Of a stretch of DNA of 64,000 nucleotides, positions 40,976 to 49,479 are shown one piece after another (the stretch's first letter is position 1; the number at the start of each line of letters is the position of its first letter). Position numbers and translations under genes: made by a program. Below the pieces are notes generated by a model. It had not been told where the DNA came from and did not search any database. It was given only the letters and a program-made list of their open reading frames with translations. This DNA comes from Phycisphaerae bacterium (GTDB lineage Bacteria > Planctomycetota > Phycisphaerae > UBA1845 > JAFGLZ01). Location: NCBI GenBank assembly GCA_016927755.1, contig JAFGLZ010000104.1, positions 1,737-65,736 of the forward strand, given 5' to 3'.

Positions 40976-41903
40976 TACCTCCTTCTACGCGTGAGATGGG
41001 GACCCCCTGCAGCTGTGCTCTTTGCGCCGTCGTCGAGAAGTCCTTCACTTGCCCAAGACGACGTTCTGACCCGGTTCCCTGGGCAAGCGGCGGCCTTAGC
41101 TCTTTTAACACCGCAATCACATCCGCATAGATTCTCTTCTCCACGCGACGGAAGAAGCCTGCTGGGACGCTGGCCATTGCCTGTCCGTAGGTCTTGAAGC
41201 GCTGCGGAATGTGGCCCATGAAGTGCGGCTTTCCTCGCAGCAAATACACGCCGTCCGGCGCCAGTGCCTCTATGGTAGCCCAATCGAGAACCCATCGCTT
41301 AAGCGTCTGACCCAGCGTGCTTAGGGCGCGAGTGGAAAAAAGGTCGCAGGCAACCGGCACAATGAAGAAGTCGGAGTCAAGTATGAGGACGCGATTCAGT
41401 GGGCCAATGTTGGGCCCCGCATCGTAGAATACGAAGTCATAGGCTTCCTGGCTATGCCGCGCGATATCTTCCACAAGTGCGCTGATGGCTGTAATTGCAC
41501 GGAAGCCACCGAGTTTTCGCTTGAAGCACGAAGTCCAGGAATCACCGAGCGACTCCTCGAATTGCGACAGGCGAATGTCGCCGGGCACCAGGTCAACATT
41601 GTCGATTGAAGTAGGCAGAGGATCGAGGTGTGCGACCTCTCCGATTTCCTCGTAGACGTTCCTTATCGCTGTCCAAACAGTCTGCCCTTCCGGATCTCCC
41701 GAGTGGTCAAGCAGGTCATCCACGACGTCGTCGGAGAGAAGATAGGAGGTCAGATTGCATTGGGGGTCGGTATCAACAAGGAGAACGTGCTTGCCTTGCT
41801 CACCCAGCGCCGCAGCAATGTTGACGGTCAGCGTTGTCTTGCCGACCCCGCCCTTATGGTTGAAGATTGTCAGCCGGAGCGGCCTGGAAGTCACGTGTGA
41901 CAC
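40899..41903 (-). CDS. ParA/MinD-superfamily P-loop ATPase (deviant Walker A)
   Basis: LTIFNHKGGVGKTTLTVNIAAAL, LLVDTDPQCNLT, Walker B FVFYDAGPNIGPL, DFFIVPVACDLFS. GTG start at 41903, 6 nt after the upstream gene's stop. Confidence 0.85.
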   Translation of the reverse strand: MSHVTSRPLRLTIFNHKGGVGKTTLTVNIAAALGEQGKHVLLVDTDPQCNLTSYLLSDDVVDDLLDHSGDPEGQTVWTAIRNVYEEIGEVAHLDPLPTSIDNVDLVPGDIRLSQFEESLGDSWTSCFKRKLGGFRAITAISALVEDIARHSQEAYDFVFYDAGPNIGPLNRVLILDSDFFIVPVACDLFSTRALSTLGQTLKRWVLDWATIEALAPDGVYLLRGKPHFMGHIPQRFKTYGQAMASVPAGFFRRVEKRIYADVIAVLKELRPPLAQGTGSERRLGQVKDFSTTAQRAQLQGVPISRVEGGNESHKTQALHAFRSIAKAIVAQSRG

Positions 41904-41909
41904 CTCCGG

Positions 41910-42497
41910 TTACTTGCTAGTAACGGTCTTTCCTTTAGCTGGCGACTTCTTCCGGGTGCGGCGCGGCCGAGAGTGACGCAGGAGTGACTTGGCCGCATCC
42001 CGGTCAGGCAAGGCGTCAACGAATCGCTCACCGATAGCGCTGATTTGCTTTCTGCCCTTGCCTGCAGATGCAAGCAACCCAGCATTGGTGGCGTTCACGA
42101 CAGCATAGGCGGGATTTGAGAACTTCAGTTGCGCTGCTTCTGTGTTCAACTTGCTGATATCGAGTGTCTTGAAATACGGGGCATTGTGGTAGTGGGATAG
42201 GTAGTAGGCCAGGCACGCCACGCGCTCGATGTCTGTCTGGGGCTGTTTCTCATGGAGGAACTCCTTGGGAGATAGGGTCGCCCGATCCGCGAAAGTCATC
42301 TCTCGAGTGTTAGGTTGGCTACTCAGGACAGCACGCGGCACGCCTGCAACTCGTGTTGGCTCCCGGCGAGGATCTAGGTCATATATCTCTGAGACATACT
42401 TCAGAATGCGCCCGCGCGCTTCTGGGCCCACCCGGGCGAGTGCATCTTTGACCGTGCGTAGTACCTCTACCTCGTCGACGGCGCCTTCTTCATTCAT
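41910..42497 (-). CDS. Hypothetical protein with a Lys/Arg-rich C-terminal tail, first gene of the ParA-like/RelA-SpoT operon
   Basis: 195 aa from the ATG at 42497 (MNEEGAVDEV...), with GGGAGAAGG upstream. The ORF-track GTG at 42563 lacks a well-spaced RBS. I recognise no motif. The C-terminal tail is RHSRPRRTRKKSPAKGKTVTSK. Confidence 0.6.
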   Translation of the reverse strand: MNEEGAVDEVEVLRTVKDALARVGPEARGRILKYVSEIYDLDPRREPTRVAGVPRAVLSSQPNTREMTFADRATLSPKEFLHEKQPQTDIERVACLAYYLSHYHNAPYFKTLDISKLNTEAAQLKFSNPAYAVVNATNAGLLASAGKGRKQISAIGERFVDALPDRDAAKSLLRHSRPRRTRKKSPAKGKTVTSK

Positions 42498-43033
42498 CAC
42501 CTTCTCCCGAGTCTTGATGCCCTCTCCGCCGAATACCGCAATCGCGATGTCGCCATGATACACTCAACGGTGCCAAGCCCCTCCTGGACGGTTCCGTCAT
42601 TCGGACGACGCCAGTGAGGTCGCCTGTTGGCGTCCGCTGTGTAGCGACAACAAAGCGGTCGCAATCGGGCGTGACGTTGTTTCGCGGATAGGACGTAGAC
42701 GCAATGCATCTCTACGGGCTCCTGAAACGCGTACCCGCGATTATAGCATGGGGGCATCCTGGGACAACCCTGCCGCGATCCAGGAAGGGGCTCAGGAGAA
42801 CACTGTTGGGAGGGTAAAGGTGAGAGGAGAAATGGGGGCAGGCCTTCTCGCGTGAAGTGCCAGAGGGCGCGGACGCTCGACTTCGATTTCAGCGGGCCGC
42901 CCTGCACCGAAAGAGGGGGCAGGCTTGCTTGTCGGAACGCCGCCCTACTCAGCACGCCAGGAGTAGCGCAGGCTCGATTCCAATGTCAGGGCGACTCCCC
43001 CCGCCCCGGGCCCGGGGGCAATAAGCGTCTTCG

Positions 43034-43666
43034 TCACGGCTTGCGCTTTGGTCGATAGTCGTTCTGGTCGATGCAGCCGTCGTAGAGGGCGCGGTTGATC
43101 TTGACCCAGTGGGTGTTGTTGATTCCGCGCGTGTTTGTGTAGGTCGGACTCACGGGGAATGCGCAGGCGATCTTGATCCATCGATCCTGCGCCATCGAGA
43201 CGCTCTTGACCTCGTCGGCGGCCTCGGAGAGGTCCTGGTCCTGGCTGAAGATCAGGGCCACGTCGTACACCCCTTCCCGCGCCATTCGCACGACGTCGAG
43301 CGCGATGCGGATGTCGATGCCCTTTTCCTGTCCAACCAGAACGGTGGTGGCCTGACCGTTCGGCAGGCGGACTGTCTGATTCCGGTACTTCAAAGGGCGA
43401 GAGAACGTGGTGACCCCCCGCGTGCCCATGAGGGCCAGCTTGGCCGTCCAGAAATGGTTCCAGAACGGGTTGTCCGTCGCATTCGGAACGCCGGTGTAGA
43501 ATCGAGTCGCCGTGGCACTCCACCCCTTGGCTCGGCAGGCCGCCTCGACCAGAGCGAGGGCGTTGTAGTTGGGATAGCCATACCCGAACGCCCGCTTGAC
43601 CGCATAGAACAGGTTCTGCCCATCGATGAAGGCAATCGTACGCTTGACGGTGGGCTCAGCGGGCAT
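43034..43666 (-). CDS. NYN-domain (LabA/DUF88-like, PIN-related) putative ribonuclease
   Basis: TIAFIDGQNLFYAVKRAFG ... GQEKGIDIRIALDVV ... YDVALIFSQDQDLSEA is the characteristic NYN acidic-residue pattern. 210 aa with no additional domain. Confidence 0.75.
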   Translation of the reverse strand: MPAEPTVKRTIAFIDGQNLFYAVKRAFGYGYPNYNALALVEAACRAKGWSATATRFYTGVPNATDNPFWNHFWTAKLALMGTRGVTTFSRPLKYRNQTVRLPNGQATTVLVGQEKGIDIRIALDVVRMAREGVYDVALIFSQDQDLSEAADEVKSVSMAQDRWIKIACAFPVSPTYTNTRGINNTHWVKINRALYDGCIDQNDYRPKRKP

Positions 43667-43698
43667 CGAGCGCCCCCTTGCCCACTTGGGTGTGCCCC

Positions 43699-43745
43699 AA
43701 AAAAGCAGTACCCCGCCGGAGGCCTTTCGGCTGATCCGACGGGGT
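43699..43745 (-). terminator. Putative intrinsic terminator (minus strand)
   Basis: The minus-strand RNA reads ACCCCGUCGGA-(14-nt loop with an inner GCC/GGC pair)-UCCGGCGGGGU acugc UUUUUU. An 11-bp stem with one mismatch, then a U6 run 5 nt after the stem. Lies upstream of the NYN gene start. Confidence 0.5.
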
Positions 43746-44163
43746 GTAGATCAATACCAAATTATCGACCACGTTTCGGCCCTTGTCAAATGACTTGCCG
43801 GGATCCGCGACTGGAACGCGAGACCGCAACTTAGGCTCTCCGAGCGGATTGCGTTCATGAGCGACTATGATAACCCCATGTTCGGCATGGGGAAAGAGGC
43901 ACGAGAAGCAGAGCCTGCTCTGTTGCGGTGCGGGGCTTGGCGCTGATTTCAGGGGATCGGCTGGTCATCTCAAATTGCCTCGAATCAATAACTTACATCC
44001 CTGCCCCTTTCCCACGCGCCTGCCATGGCGGGACTCGATTTCACTCTCCAACGCCTGGACCCTACGCCACATCGACAGGGTCAGTTGATGGGCCCCGAAA
44101 CTCGAGACGTCGACGATGAATGTGCCGAGAGCTTTGGGAGGCGAGTGGGTTCACGGGGCGCTC

Positions 44164-46512
44164 TCAGCGCTGGACCACTTCGAATGGGATGGCCGGTATG
44201 ACGCCGAGGGAGACGCGTCTCTTTTGCTTGGCGCCTTTGCCGCCTCGCTGTCCGCCGGGCATTTCGGTGAAGACCTCGACGATCAGGTTGTCCGACAGGC
44301 CGACCTTTGTTGCCTTCTCGTCGGCCTTTAGGGCGAACGCCAGGCCCTCGGGCACGACCTTCACGTCCTGGAGGCTCATGCCGTCGGGCGGGTCGTTGAG
44401 TTCGAGCTGGACGTTGCGGAGCATGGGATGCTTCGGCGCCCGGATCCGCACTTGGGTCGCCCCGCCCTGGGGGACCCGAATCGGGCCGCTACCGGCCAGC
44501 TCGACGGGCGGGCCTCGGCGCCCTTGGCCCCTGACGACGACCATGAGCTCTTGCGACGGCACCAAGTGCCGGTAGAGAAATGCCTGCATCATGTCTTCCG
44601 CCGGGACGACGGGCCGGCTGATGGTCGTGCCGCCGACGCGAGCCCGGCCCTCGAGATTCAGGACGATCGGCTCGTCGGACCCGCGCCAGGGCGCCGCGAG
44701 CGTCATGCGGACGCGGTCGCGCCCGCTGGGAATCTGGCCGCCGCTCAGCTTGAAGCCGGAGGGCGCGTCCTTGAGGACCACGTCGATGTCGCCGTTGAAC
44801 CCGTCCTTCCGAAACGCGTAGACGCAGATGGCAGCGGCACGACCGGCGGGAACGCTGATGCTCGACGGCGTCATGCGGAGCTCGAAGTCGGGCCGTGGAG
44901 GTCCGATGCGGAGGCGATAGGCGTACGTCTTGCCGCCGTGGCGCTGTGAATCGGCCAGGCGCACGTAGTAGGTTCCATCCGCCGGCAGCCGGAAGCGGCA
45001 GTAGGAATCGGCGTGGTGCGTGAGCAGGCCCGAGGCCTTGTCCTCCTGGTCGTCGTTCCATGCCAGCACGCGTCCCGACGCATCGGTCAACTGCAGCAGG
45101 GAATCGAGCGGGGACCCGAGCCTTCGAGCGAGCACCTCGGCCACCACTTCGTCGCCGCCACGGCCGTCGAACCGGAACACGTCGACGTCGCCGGGCTTGT
45201 CGATGCGGCCGTTGACGACGCGCGGCAGGTCGACGCGCTGCGCCTTCTGCGTCGTGTCGTCGGGTTCGGCTTCGTCGCATTCGGGAAGCCTTTCGACGGC
45301 GTAGGTGACGGGGTTGGAGAGCCATTTGTCCTGGCGCAGCGCCGTTTCTCGGATGCGGTCGCCGCCGGGTTGGGTTCTCAGGGTCACCTGGTCTCGGGCG
45401 AGGTTCCAGCCCTCGACGGAGGCGACGGCCTTGCTGCCCGTGCGCGCGCCCAACGGGAACGCCTGCGTGATGAAGGGTTGCTCGCCCACGGCGATTCGGT
45501 AGACGAAGTCCTCGCGACCTCGATAGATGGCGTCGCGGATCTCGAGCTCGAACACGCCGTCCGAGGGGATCTTGTAGAAGAGGACCGGGTCGGGGTCGAA
45601 GCGGTAGTCGTCCTCGAACGCCACCTCGTTGCCGGCGGCGTCGTAGAGGGCCAGTGTCGCCTGGAACCAGCCGGGGACTGCGTCGGCCAGATACGGAACG
45701 AGCCGTCGGGCGTAGGCCTCGATCACGAGCCGCTGTCCGGCCTTGGCCCGGAAGCGGAACCGATCGACGTCACCGGGTTTGATCTGCCCGTTCAGCAGCA
45801 CGGGCAGGTCGACCGGCGGATCGGGCGGTCGTTGTGAGTATGCCTTGGGATCGTTGCTCTCGAGCTCGCGGGTTTCCGGCATCGCTCCCACCTGGAAGCA
45901 CATGGGGTTCGTCAGACCGGCGCGGGTCAGCAGCCGGAGCTCCCTGTCGCCAAGCGCTGCGCCGGGATCGATCGTGACCTTGACCACCACCGTCTCGGCG
46001 ATCTGGGCGTTCTGCTGGCGCTTCTTGATGTTGAGGAGCTCGTGCCTGAGATGCTCGAGTTCCCTGAGACTCATGTCATCGATGTCGCGGAGCAGCGGGT
46101 GGTTGGGCAGGTTGGCGGTGTCGGCCTTGTTCGTGCTGGGCTTGCTTGCGCGCCGCCGGACAAACCGATTCCTGGGTCCGGCCGGTCCTTTGCCCTTTTC
46201 GGACGCCTCGGCCAGGCGTTTGTCCCGGACCTCCTTCATCTTTCTCTGGAGGGCGTCGCGCTGTTCCTTGTCGATGTTCTTGAGGGGCCTGTAGTGCTGG
46301 ATGATCGAGGCGTGAACGCCCTTGCCCGAAACGTATGCGTCGGTGACCCCCTGGAGGAACTGGCCGCCGACCCAGATCTCGAACGTAGCGCCTCGCTGTC
46401 CCCCGGCGGGGTAGATGTAGCCGATGTGCGGCTCCCTGCTGTTCGACTGGCCCCACGCGGTCGATGCGCACAAGGCCGCCGCCAGAAGCATCAGTCGTGG
46501 GCGTACTGTCAT
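44164..46512 (-). CDS. Secreted protein with two bacterial pre-peptidase C-terminal (PPC)-like domains
   Basis: Signal peptide MTVRPRLMLLAAALCASTAWG. Two blocks of E(S/P)NDxxxxAxxVxLPxxxNGxIxxPGDVDxFRFxxxxGxxxVxEVxARRLxSPLDSxL type. Start trimmed to the ATG at 46512 (GAGGA upstream), 17 nt after the DUF1501 stop. Confidence 0.7.
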   Translation of the reverse strand: MTVRPRLMLLAAALCASTAWGQSNSREPHIGYIYPAGGQRGATFEIWVGGQFLQGVTDAYVSGKGVHASIIQHYRPLKNIDKEQRDALQRKMKEVRDKRLAEASEKGKGPAGPRNRFVRRRASKPSTNKADTANLPNHPLLRDIDDMSLRELEHLRHELLNIKKRQQNAQIAETVVVKVTIDPGAALGDRELRLLTRAGLTNPMCFQVGAMPETRELESNDPKAYSQRPPDPPVDLPVLLNGQIKPGDVDRFRFRAKAGQRLVIEAYARRLVPYLADAVPGWFQATLALYDAAGNEVAFEDDYRFDPDPVLFYKIPSDGVFELEIRDAIYRGREDFVYRIAVGEQPFITQAFPLGARTGSKAVASVEGWNLARDQVTLRTQPGGDRIRETALRQDKWLSNPVTYAVERLPECDEAEPDDTTQKAQRVDLPRVVNGRIDKPGDVDVFRFDGRGGDEVVAEVLARRLGSPLDSLLQLTDASGRVLAWNDDQEDKASGLLTHHADSYCRFRLPADGTYYVRLADSQRHGGKTYAYRLRIGPPRPDFELRMTPSSISVPAGRAAAICVYAFRKDGFNGDIDVVLKDAPSGFKLSGGQIPSGRDRVRMTLAAPWRGSDEPIVLNLEGRARVGGTTISRPVVPAEDMMQAFLYRHLVPSQELMVVVRGQGRRGPPVELAGSGPIRVPQGGATQVRIRAPKHPMLRNVQLELNDPPDGMSLQDVKVVPEGLAFALKADEKATKVGLSDNLIVEVFTEMPGGQRGGKGAKQKRRVSLGVIPAIPFEVVQR

Positions 46513-46529
46513 GGGTCGGGATCCTCGGA

Positions 46530-47861
46530 TCACATGATCTCCGTAAGGCGGCTGTCGTTCTCTTGGTCGTCCTTGGAGGACGGCAGGACTTGGAGGTCCA
46601 GTCCTTTCGGGTTCGGCAGCGGCCCGTCCGGGTCGATTCCAAGCAGCTCGTACATACTGCGTATCAGCCCTCGCGGATGCACGGGTCGCTGGGCGACTTC
46701 CTCGCCCTTGGCGTCGGAGGCGCCGACGACGCGTCCGCCCTTGAACCCGCCGCCGGCGACGACGGTGGAGAAGCATTTGCCGTAGTGCGATCGGCCGCCG
46801 TTCCACGGCGGATTCCACTGGACCTTCGGACCTCGGCCGAACTCGCCGCCCCACCAGACGATGGTGCTATCGAGTAGTGCCCGGTCGGTGAGGTCCTGCA
46901 ATAGCGTGGCGAAGCCGGCGTCCATCTCGGGCAACTTCCGGCGCATCGCCTCGAAGTGCTGCTTGTGGGTGTCCCATCCCTTGTAGTTGATGGTGACGTA
47001 GGGCACGCCGCTTTCGACGAGGCGGCGCGCCATCAGGCACGACTGGCCGAACGTGTTTCGGCCGTAGCGATCGCGTATCTCGTCCTTCTCATCCGACAGA
47101 TCGAACAGCTTCCTCGCCTGGCCGAACATCATGTCGTAGGCGCTCTTCTCGCAGCGGTCGAGCTGTTCGAACCGCGAGTCGCCCGGCATGGCGGACCCGA
47201 GCGAGTCGAGCTTGTGGAGCAGCTCGCGCCGGGCGCGTTGACGTTCGTCGGAGATGCCCTCCGCGACGATGCCCTCGACCACGAAGCGCTTCTGACCGGG
47301 ATTACCGCCGGTGGCGAACGGCTTGTATCGCTGTCCGAGGAACCCGGCCTCTGAGAAGCGTCCCTGCGTCTCCGTCAGCACGATGTACGGCGGCACCAGC
47401 CCCTTGTAGCCGTGGTCGTAGCCCTTGAAGAGCGACACGACCGCCCCGACACAGGGGTAGACCAGCCTGCCGGGCTTGCGCCCGGTTTGCACGATGTAGG
47501 ACGCCGTCTCGTGAGCGTTCACGCCGTGCGTCATGCTACGGATGATCGAGTACTTGTCCGCCTGCTTGGCGAGCAACGGAAGCAGCTCGCCGATCCGTAT
47601 TCCGTCGACGTTGGTGGCGATCGTCTTGTTCAGGGGGCCGCAGTAGTCGTGGCCGGCGTCCGGCTTCGGGTCGAAGGTGTCGATATGCGACGGGCCGCCC
47701 CACATCCAGATCTGGATGACCGCCTTGGCGCTCGCCGGTCGGCTCGTCGCTTTCGCCAGGACGGGGCGCCGATCGAGCAGCGCCAGTCCCGCCGCGCCGA
47801 GAAGCCCCTGCTTCAGCGCGGCCCGCCTGGTTATGAGGCCTCTGGTCGTCTGGTCGTTCAT
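46530..47861 (-). CDS. DUF1501-family (sulfatase-like) protein with Tat signal
   Basis: Tat leader TRRAALKQGLLGAAGLALL. Typical DUF1501 blocks: IWMWGGPSHIDTFDPKP, YIVLTE, WGGEFGRGP. Its partner DUF1549/DUF1553 gene is upstream. Confidence 0.85.
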   Translation of the reverse strand: MNDQTTRGLITRRAALKQGLLGAAGLALLDRRPVLAKATSRPASAKAVIQIWMWGGPSHIDTFDPKPDAGHDYCGPLNKTIATNVDGIRIGELLPLLAKQADKYSIIRSMTHGVNAHETASYIVQTGRKPGRLVYPCVGAVVSLFKGYDHGYKGLVPPYIVLTETQGRFSEAGFLGQRYKPFATGGNPGQKRFVVEGIVAEGISDERQRARRELLHKLDSLGSAMPGDSRFEQLDRCEKSAYDMMFGQARKLFDLSDEKDEIRDRYGRNTFGQSCLMARRLVESGVPYVTINYKGWDTHKQHFEAMRRKLPEMDAGFATLLQDLTDRALLDSTIVWWGGEFGRGPKVQWNPPWNGGRSHYGKCFSTVVAGGGFKGGRVVGASDAKGEEVAQRPVHPRGLIRSMYELLGIDPDGPLPNPKGLDLQVLPSSKDDQENDSRLTEIM

Positions 47862-47913
47862 GCCGCTATCCTCGATGGCCGCCGAGCACTCGTCGCGGCG
47901 GCGCGTGTTTGGC

Positions 47914-49479
47914 TCAATGCCGATAGAGGAATTCCTTGGTGTTGATCAACGCCCATGCCAGATCACCGGCGGCCTGTTGCGGGCTGAGCTTGTTCGCCTT
48001 GGCGTATCCCTCGGCGGCGGTCAGTTCGGCCGGCGTCGGCTGACGCGACAGGATGGTCAGGTAGATCGCGCCAACGACGAACCGAGGGTTCCTCCTGTTG
48101 TTCTGGACCAGGTTGCGCAGTCGCCAGCTCCGTTCGATCTTGAGCTGGATGTGGCTCGAGTTGAGCAAATGTAGCCGCTGGGCGTCCGTGGGCTGGTTGT
48201 TGCGCTCGGACTCCAGACCGGTGTCGCGAGCGGGACGGCCAAACATCTCGAGGAACGAGCTCGTGATGCTGCCGTCAGCCAGCGCGATCGTCCGCTGGTA
48301 CGTCGGAATGAACGTGAAAGGCTCGGGGATGGGGCTCGAGTAGCTCTCGCCGTCCCCGAAGATCCAGCACAGGGCGTCGACGAGGACTTCCGCGTCCAGC
48401 CGGCGGACCGCGTAGTGGGCGAACAGCGCCTCCGCGTCGGGATGAGTGCTTCGAGGGATCGGTGACTGCTGATAGGTGCGCGAATTGAGGATCAGGCGAT
48501 ACATCCGCCTCAGGTCGTAGTTGCCCCGGGTGAGCTCCTTGGCCAGATAGGCCAGCAGCTCCGGATTGACGGGCGCGTTGTCGGGCCGGATGTCGTCCGG
48601 CTCGTGGATGATGCCGCGGCCCAGCAGCCACGCCCAGATGCGGTTCACGACACTTCGGGCGAACCACGGGTTGTCCGGGGTGAGGAGCCAATCGGCAAAC
48701 ACCATGCGAGGGTCCTTGCCTGGTGGGATCTTCACGGTGCGCCCGTCCGGCAAGACCGCCTGCAACTCGCCGGCGGGCGCCGGATCGAGGCACACGATCT
48801 CTTCTTTCCACTCGGCCGTCTTCTTGTAGGCGATCCGCGAGAAGAACGCCGACATGTTCGCGCGCTGCGCCTCCGGCCAGCTCTTGAGCCTCGTCCCCAT
48901 GAACGTCAGGGCCACCGCCTCGGCGATCGCCGGCGGTTCCCGGCCCTGGACGGCGCGGTAGAAGTTGACCGGCGGCACGCGGAAGTTGCTGCCGCTCGAG
49001 GTCAGCAGCTCGCGGGCGATTCGATCGCAGGGCCAGTTCTCGCGGATGGCGTCGCGTATCCAGCGGTGATAGGTCTGAACGGCGTTAGGCCAAAGGTTGA
49101 TGGGGAACTCGGCCTTGACCCGCAGCAGGTCGCACCACTTCATGGCCCAGTAGTCGGCGAACTCCTTCCGTGCCAGGAGGGTGTCGATCAGCACGGCCCG
49201 CTTGTTGGGCCGTCGGTCCTGGAGGAAGCCGCGGACCTCCTTTGGCTCGGGCAGCGTGCCGATGGCGTCCAGATACACGCGCCGGACGAAGACCTCATCG
49301 GAACACAGGTTGGCGGGCTCGATGCCGCGGGCCTTGAGTGTCGTAAGGACCAAGGCGTCGATCTGATTGATGGCCGAGAACGCGCCGCTGCTTTCGTAGG
49401 GTCGCACGATCCTCGGTTCCGCGGCCAGCCCGGTTTGTGCCGCGGCCAAGACGGCAACGGCGAGTAGAGATCTGTGCAT
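47914..49479 (-). CDS. DUF1549 + DUF1553 (PSD1) domain protein
   Basis: DEVFVRRVYLDAIGTLPEP, YWAMKWCDLLRV (DUF1549), and the C-terminal ...DLAWALINTKEFLYRH (DUF1553 ending). Signal peptide present. Confidence 0.85.
   Translation of the reverse strand: MHRSLLAVAVLAAAQTGLAAEPRIVRPYESSGAFSAINQIDALVLTTLKARGIEPANLCSDEVFVRRVYLDAIGTLPEPKEVRGFLQDRRPNKRAVLIDTLLARKEFADYWAMKWCDLLRVKAEFPINLWPNAVQTYHRWIRDAIRENWPCDRIARELLTSSGSNFRVPPVNFYRAVQGREPPAIAEAVALTFMGTRLKSWPEAQRANMSAFFSRIAYKKTAEWKEEIVCLDPAPAGELQAVLPDGRTVKIPPGKDPRMVFADWLLTPDNPWFARSVVNRIWAWLLGRGIIHEPDDIRPDNAPVNPELLAYLAKELTRGNYDLRRMYRLILNSRTYQQSPIPRSTHPDAEALFAHYAVRRLDAEVLVDALCWIFGDGESYSSPIPEPFTFIPTYQRTIALADGSITSSFLEMFGRPARDTGLESERNNQPTDAQRLHLLNSSHIQLKIERSWRLRNLVQNNRRNPRFVVGAIYLTILSRQPTPAELTAAEGYAKANKLSPQQAAGDLAWALINTKEFLYRH

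Noticed and set aside
42497-42955. 152-aa minus-strand ORF in the NYN-to-operon spacer, whose TGA overlaps the next gene's ATG (TGATG).
   Set aside because: Its composition (R, P, C, S-rich, e.g. ...RLRPLCCRYTADANRRPHWRRPNDG...) is not protein-like, and I saw no RBS. The overlap is noted in a finding in case a short C-terminal portion is real.
43004-43017. 14-nt perfect GC palindrome CCCCGGGCCCGGGG after the NYN stop, considered as a terminator.
   Set aside because: It has no loop and no U-run. It may be only a restriction-site-like palindrome. It is mentioned within the spacer finding only.
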